A model generated the notes under the pieces. That model was not told where the DNA came from and did not search any database. It worked only from the letters and a program-made list of their open reading frames with translations. A program made the position numbers and the translations under genes. This document shows positions 57,600-64,000 of a stretch of 64,000 bases of DNA, one piece after another. The DNA comes from an uncultured Eubacteriales bacterium (lineage in GTDB: Bacteria > Bacillota > Clostridia > Christensenellales > UBA1242), in the NCBI GenBank assembly GCA_949001935.1, contig CARJLX010000001.1, positions 323,231 through 387,230 on the forward strand, written 5' to 3'. The number at the start of each line of letters is the position of its first letter. Positions within the stretch are counted from its first letter, which is position 1.

Positions 57600-57890
57600 T
57601 TAAATCGCATGGACTAATCCTATCACATACAATACAACTATAACGACAACAAAAACAACATAGCAAATTAACCATGCAATATGTTTTTGTCGTTTAACAA
57701 ATAAAAATGCAAGAACTATTGAAAGACTGTATGCAATTCCGTCCCCAACTGTTTTAAATGAAATATAAATCACATTATTTCCTTGAAAACATATTGCAAA
57801 TATCAGCGAAATTGCAATACAGGCTACACCAAAAAAGGCAACACATTCAAGCACTTTATTTAACCTTGAATTATCGTTATTGTTAGACAT
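57600..57890 (-). CDS. hypothetical membrane protein
   Basis: 96 aa with three TM helices. SD GGAGGAAAA. It starts 17 nt downstream of gap. Confidence 0.45.
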   Translation of the reverse strand: MSNNNDNSRLNKVLECVAFFGVACIAISLIFAICFQGNNVIYISFKTVGDGIAYSLSIVLAFLFVKRQKHIAWLICYVVFVVVIVVLYVIGLVHAI

Positions 57891-57907
57891 TTTTCCTCCA
57901 ACAATTT

Positions 57908-59688
<1,781 letters not shown>

Positions 59689-59696
59689 TTGCCCTC

Positions 59697-60116
59697 CTAT
59701 AATTTTTTTATTCTTCTAGCATGTCGTCCACCTGCAAAATCTGTAGTCAAAAATACTTTAACAATTTTGATTGCTTTTCTTGGCTTAACTCTTCGGCCAG
59801 CCAAAACTAAAACATTAGCATCATTATGTTCCCTTGCAAGAGTTGCTGCTTGTACTGAATCACAAAGGGCTGCACGAATTTTAGGATTTCGGTTTGCAGC
59901 TATGCTCATACCAATTCCAAAACCGCAAATAAAAATTCCAACATTGCGGCTATCTTCAAGAACCTTTGCACAACCTGCCTTAGCAAAATCTGGATAATCG
60001 CAACCTTCACGGCTATAACAACCAACATCTATAGTAATAATGTTTTCCTTATTAAAAAATTTTTTCAATTCTTCTTTTAATAAATAACCAGCATGGTCAC
60101 TTGCAAGTATAATCAT
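59697..60116 (-). CDS. rpiB: ribose-5-phosphate isomerase B
   Basis: 139 aa. MIILASDHAGYLLKEELKKF and ICGFGIGMSIAANR are canonical RpiB/LacAB. Confidence 0.92.
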   Translation of the reverse strand: MIILASDHAGYLLKEELKKFFNKENIITIDVGCYSREGCDYPDFAKAGCAKVLEDSRNVGIFICGFGIGMSIAANRNPKIRAALCDSVQAATLAREHNDANVLVLAGRRVKPRKAIKIVKVFLTTDFAGGRHARRIKKL

Positions 60117-60119
60117 AAC

Positions 60120-60545
60120 TCAACCTCTCCATTTAATAATTTTTTCTATCAAAATTTCAACACCCTTCTCAAGTTGTTCGCATGTTGTTAAATATGTTTG
60201 CAAATCTTGTCCATAAGGATCAACGATTTCCTGACCAATCAAATCTTTGAAAGACAAGACTTGTGTTGACTTGATTAATGCCTTTTGTTGTTCTGTCATA
60301 ACAACATAAATAGTTTTCACATCAATTTTACCAAGTTTAACCGACTTTCTGTTTGAAGCTAACGCTCCCTTAATTTTAAGTGCTTGCTTAGCATTTTCTG
60401 CAATGTTATCACCTTTAGCGTTCAAGCCTTTAGAAGTAACAGATATGTCTTTAACCTTAAGTTTTTTCAAATTTCTTTTCATTAGCCGTTCGGCCATAAT
60501 TGATCTGCAGGTATTGCCCGCGCAGACAAAACAAATTTTAATCAT
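60120..60545 (-). CDS. low-molecular-weight protein phosphatase (YwlE-like arginine/tyrosine phosphatase)
   Basis: 141 aa with the P-loop CFVCAGNTCRS and a late DPYG motif. Confidence 0.85.
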   Translation of the reverse strand: MIKICFVCAGNTCRSIMAERLMKRNLKKLKVKDISVTSKGLNAKGDNIAENAKQALKIKGALASNRKSVKLGKIDVKTIYVVMTEQQKALIKSTQVLSFKDLIGQEIVDPYGQDLQTYLTTCEQLEKGVEILIEKIIKWRG

Positions 60546-60557
60546 CCTTTGCGTCCT

Positions 60558-60899
60558 TTATTTTTTAGATTTCTTAGGTCCTTTTAAATCTATTTTTTGG
60601 CTTTGATATAATTTATCTAAATTATATTTTTCACGCTTAACAGGAATGAATGTATGAAGCAAAATTCCATTGAAAGAAAATATAATCCACTCTCCCTTGT
60701 TATAACCTTCTGGAAATTCTTCTATTCCCAACTTTTTCATAAAATTTTCAGCAAAAAGTTTATTTTCGATACAATTTGGAAAATTCGCAAGAACAACAAA
60801 ATCCTCATCTATTTTTTGTTGCCTAGCATCAAAAACCGCCAAGTCTTTTGCTTTGTTGCTTTCAAGATAATCAAGCAATATTTCAATACTCTCTTCCAT
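60558..60899 (-). CDS. rsfS: ribosome silencing factor RsfS
   Basis: Iojap-like: LESNKAKDLAVFD..., FVVLANF, EGYNKGEWIIFSFNGILLHTF. The start is moved to ATG 60899 (MEESIEI). Confidence 0.8.
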   Translation of the reverse strand: MEESIEILLDYLESNKAKDLAVFDARQQKIDEDFVVLANFPNCIENKLFAENFMKKLGIEEFPEGYNKGEWIIFSFNGILLHTFIPVKREKYNLDKLYQSQKIDLKGPKKSKK

Positions 60900-60992
60900 A
60901 GAGCCACTCCTTATGTTACATATGATATAATAATTAAAAATTAAAGTCAAATTTTTTTGATTAGTTTGAAAAAATAAGTCAATAATTTTGTT

Positions 60993-61799
60993 ATGAAATA
61001 TGTCAGTTTAATATTGCAAAGTTTGCTAAGAGCAATTTTAATTTTTTCTTTAACCTTTATTTGGGTTAGATATTTTATTCACGCATTGTGGCTTTCGATA
61101 CTTTTAAGTTGCTTAATTACAATGGTATTAGATATCTTTATTAGATTTATAACCAAACGAAGAAATAATAAAAGCAATATGAAAATAAAAGAAAAAGAAG
61201 AAGCAGAAAATATGTTTTTATCACTTGCCACTTCTTCAAACTATATGACATTTTTTTTAAACCTTTCAAAGAAAGAAAATCCAAATGCAACAAAAAAGAA
61301 AAATTATATCATCCTAGAAAATCCTGAAAATAAAACTTTATTTTACCCATTTATGTCAGCCAATGAATTAAGCAAGGATGACATAGCTAAAATAATCATA
61401 CTAGCGAACAAAGAAAAGGCTGGGAAAATAGTTATAACATGCGGCGAAATAAATAAAGAGGCATTTTCTTTTTCAAAAAGTTTAAACATCCCTATAATCT
61501 TGCTAGACAAATTTTCGACATATAATGACCTTTATAAATATTATGATATTTTCCCTAAAATCACCCTAACATATCAAAAAAGTAAAAAACTAGCTTTTAA
61601 AGAAATGTTGGCATATTCATTTAATAAATCGCGTACAAAAGGATATTTTTTATCAGCAATTGTTCTCTTAATTTCCACCTTTTTTATACGAATGAATATC
61701 TACTACACAATAATGGCATCCCTGCTTTTAATATTCGCACTAATATCTTTCTTTAATCCATATTTCAATATCAAAACAAGCAAAATTCCCCTTCGTTAA
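60993..61799 (+). CDS. hypothetical membrane protein
   Basis: 268 aa with two N-terminal and two C-terminal TM helices around a soluble core. I recognise no family. Confidence 0.45.
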   Translation: MKYVSLILQSLLRAILIFSLTFIWVRYFIHALWLSILLSCLITMVLDIFIRFITKRRNNKSNMKIKEKEEAENMFLSLATSSNYMTFFLNLSKKENPNATKKKNYIILENPENKTLFYPFMSANELSKDDIAKIIILANKEKAGKIVITCGEINKEAFSFSKSLNIPIILLDKFSTYNDLYKYYDIFPKITLTYQKSKKLAFKEMLAYSFNKSRTKGYFLSAIVLLISTFFIRMNIYYTIMASLLLIFALISFFNPYFNIKTSKIPLR

Positions 61800-61848
61800 A
61801 ATAATTATAAGTATTGACATAAAGCAGTTTTTATGTTAAACTCTTGCC

Positions 61849-62394
61849 ATGAAGGAGTTTAATATGAAATACTTAAATGAATATTCAGAAGATTATCTTG
61901 CTTTAGCAAAACAAATTGACGATGAAACAAATCAAAGAATTGATGAAACTTTAAAAGAAATTTTTCAAAAAACAGGAATTCAAAATGAAAATACTCTTCG
62001 AACCCTAGCGTTACCTGTCACAAAAGTTAAACTTGAAGGGCTTGAAGTAGAAGCAACATTAAAACAGAAAGATTTAAAATTTCACAAAAAGTTAAATTTA
62101 GGTCATACTCTTAAAATGGCTGCCAGCACTTTTCTCGCCGGAATGTCAGGAATTGCAGTGCCTTTTATAATACAAGATTTTATTGATGGTAATATAAAAT
62201 CAGGTATATTAAAAAGTGTATTGGCTTTAGGAAGTCTTGCATTTTCATTCTCTCATAGACAAGACTATAAAAAAGAAGAAGCTTTCGCAAATGCAAACTT
62301 AAAGTGTCTTATTGAAGTTGAACACAATCTATCTGAACTTGAGAATAAAAAACTCGACCTTAAAGAAGAAATCAGTATGCTTGAGCATAATTAA
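61849..62394 (+). CDS. hypothetical protein with central hydrophobic hairpin
   Basis: 181 aa with an AAGGAG SD (the start may be 61864). It has two adjacent hydrophobic helices and a coiled-coil C-terminus. Confidence 0.45.
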   Translation: MKEFNMKYLNEYSEDYLALAKQIDDETNQRIDETLKEIFQKTGIQNENTLRTLALPVTKVKLEGLEVEATLKQKDLKFHKKLNLGHTLKMAASTFLAGMSGIAVPFIIQDFIDGNIKSGILKSVLALGSLAFSFSHRQDYKKEEAFANANLKCLIEVEHNLSELENKKLDLKEEISMLEHN

Positions 62395-62471
62395 TTATTT
62401 AATAAAAAAGAAGCAAAATTTTGCTTCTTTTTTATTAATTCATATTAAAATAAATCTTTCCAATTTGATTG

Positions 62472-62768
62472 CTAAATCAATTCAATATGTTTAAAGCCCT
62501 TTTTAGTTGAAACTTTATAAACTATAACCATACTCCCAATCACTTGAACAGGATCACATCCTACTTTTTGACAAAGCATATCACAAATTTCTCTCGCACG
62601 TTGAGGACAAGTTGGAAGCACTTTAATTTTTATAAGTTCCCTAGCTTCCAAAAGTGAATTTATTGCATCAAAAGAATTGTCAGTTAATCCTTCTTTACCA
62701 ATTTGCATAACAGGATCAAGTGCATTGCCAAGCCCTCTTAAATGCGCTCTTTGTTTTGTTGTAATCAT
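62472..62768 (-). CDS. yhbY: YhbY/CRS1 family RNA-binding protein
   Basis: ITTKQRAHLRGLGNALDPVMQIGKEGLTDN is canonical YhbY. The start is moved to ATG 62768, 6 nt after AAGGAG. The ORF-track extension translates the hairpin repeat. Confidence 0.88.
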   Translation of the reverse strand: MITTKQRAHLRGLGNALDPVMQIGKEGLTDNSFDAINSLLEARELIKIKVLPTCPQRAREICDMLCQKVGCDPVQVIGSMVIVYKVSTKKGFKHIELI

Positions 62769-62787
62769 AACCATCTCCTTTTTAATT

Positions 62788-62818
62788 TTACTTTTCTTTA
62801 AAAAGAAAGCAAAAGACA
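62788..62818 (-). repeat. Py/Pu hairpin element (family 1), degenerate copy
   Basis: On the minus strand it reads GTCTTTTGCTTTCTTTTTAAAGAAAAGTAAAA. It ends about 20 nt before the yhbY ATG. The arms are imperfect. Confidence 0.6.
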
Positions 62819-62892
62819 CTTAACAAATTTCTTTATAACGGAAATAAAGTGTCTATTTTTATTTATTTTATTCTTAAATAGCAATGAATTTG

Positions 62893-62939
62893 CACAATAT
62901 ACAACTATTATGCATGCATACTAGTCACAATATGTTGTG
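62893..62939 (-). repeat. intergenic motif family 2 copy with TATGCATGCATA palindrome
   Basis: CACAATATACAACTATTATGCATGCATACTAGTCACAATATGTTGTG. The minus strand reads GACTAGTATGCATGCATAATAG. It lies between the obg stop and the yhbY start. Confidence 0.55.
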
Positions 62940-62941
62940 TT

Positions 62942-64000
62942 TTATTCCATATATTCAAACACTATATCTTTTATTTTAACAGTATCGCCATTTTTAAGAC
63001 CTCGCTCTTTTAACATATCAATTATTCCCATATCATTTAATCTTGACTGAAAATATGCAAAAGATAATGTATCATCAAGAACAACACCGCGAACAAAATT
63101 ATCAATTTTGCCACCCTCTACCACAAAAGTACCATCATCTTCGCGAGTGATTTCAATCGTATTTTTTTGACGCCTATCAAAATCAAACTCTTCAACTTCA
63201 ATTGGAGGCTTTTTAGGAATTTTTGACAATTTTTCAAGTGTAAGTTTCTTAAGCTCTTCAATCCCCTTATATGTTGCACCAGAAATTTCAATATGTTCTA
63301 ACCCCACCTCTCTTTCAAAGCGAGATATCTTAGCCTTTAATTCATCATCTCCTAAAAGATCTGTTTTTGAAAAAACTACCACTTGAGGAGTTTTAGCAAG
63401 CTCCGCACTATAATGTGAAAGTTCTTTGTTAATTTTATGATAATCATCAATAAAATCACGCCCCTCACTCTCAGATATATCCAAAAGATGTAAAATCAAA
63501 CGAACGCGTTCAACATGTTTCAAAAAATAATGACCTAATCCTTGCCCCTTACTAGCACCTTCAATAAGTCCAGGAATATCTGCCACAACAAAGGTTTGCC
63601 CCTTAACCTCACATACTCCAAGATTTGGATAAAGAGTTGTAAAGTGATAATTTGCAATCTTTGGATTTGCATTTGATATACAAGAAAGTAGAGTTGATTT
63701 CCCCACATTCGGAAAGCCCACTAGTCCAACATCAGCGATTGTTTTAAGTTCAAGATAAACTTCTTTTTGTTTAACCTTTTCACCAGTTTGCGAAAAAGCT
63801 GGAGCCTGTTTAATAGAAGATTTATAATAAGCGTTTCCATGACCACCTTCTCCGCCACGAAGAGCCACAAACTCCATCCCATCTTCAAAGAGATCTGCAA
63901 TTATTTTATCTGTCTCAGCGTCAATAATAACAGTCCCGCAAGGCACTTCAATTCGCACATCCTTACCATTTGCTCCTGTCATATTTTTCTTATCGCCATT
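62942..64000 (-). CDS. obg: GTPase Obg (N-terminal part outside window)
   Basis: The Obg fold is followed by the G domain GFPNVGKST, DIPGLIEGA and the TGS-like C-terminus. The frame stays open to the window edge. Confidence 0.92.
   Translation of the reverse strand, partial: NGDKKNMTGANGKDVRIEVPCGTVIIDAETDKIIADLFEDGMEFVALRGGEGGHGNAYYKSSIKQAPAFSQTGEKVKQKEVYLELKTIADVGLVGFPNVGKSTLLSCISNANPKIANYHFTTLYPNLGVCEVKGQTFVVADIPGLIEGASKGQGLGHYFLKHVERVRLILHLLDISESEGRDFIDDYHKINKELSHYSAELAKTPQVVVFSKTDLLGDDELKAKISRFEREVGLEHIEISGATYKGIEELKKLTLEKLSKIPKKPPIEVEEFDFDRRQKNTIEITREDDGTFVVEGGKIDNFVRGVVLDDTLSFAYFQSRLNDMGIIDMLKERGLKNGDTVKIKDIVFEYME

Noticed and set aside
62892-62940. Tandem NrdR boxes (CACAATATACAAC and CACAATATGTTGTG, about 33 bp apart).
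   Set aside because: Only the second is palindromic. The downstream genes (yhbY) are unrelated to ribonucleotide reductase. The sequences overlap a family-2 motif copy.

Overview
AT-rich (about one-third GC by eye, not computed) chromosomal segment from an endospore-forming Firmicute, probably Clostridia-like. It is almost entirely core housekeeping DNA. Plus-strand block, 1-31.5 kb: infB tail, rbfA, nrnA-like, truB, efp, a complete spoIIIAA-AH operon, asp23-nusB-xseA, proS, xseB, infC-rpmI-rplT with leader, yebC, ruvCAB, queA, tgt, rny. Mostly minus-strand block, 31.5-64 kb: serS, spoIVB-recN-argR, thiI plus a cysteine desulfurase, pheST with a Phe T-box, clpXP-tig, gap, rpiB, rsfS, yhbY, obg. 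A small accessory-looking patch sits at 31.5-38 kb: a membrane-anchored PadR, an APH-like kinase, a DUF45 peptidase and several unknowns. One tRNA-Leu is present. I saw no rRNA, CRISPR array, transposase or recognisable defence island. Five things are not explained by ordinary annotation. (1) A dispersed family of polypyrimidine/polypurine hairpins sits just upstream of ribosome-binding sites. (2) A second intergenic palindromic motif family is built on AGTAT(TA)TGCA. (3) Two in-frame G9 homopolymers lie early in two adjacent hydrolase genes. (4) The tRNA-Leu hand-folds to anticodon AAG, that is A34. (5) An orphan encapsulated-ferritin-like gene has no shell gene nearby. All calls rest on reading the sequence and the supplied ORF translations. 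No database search was run.
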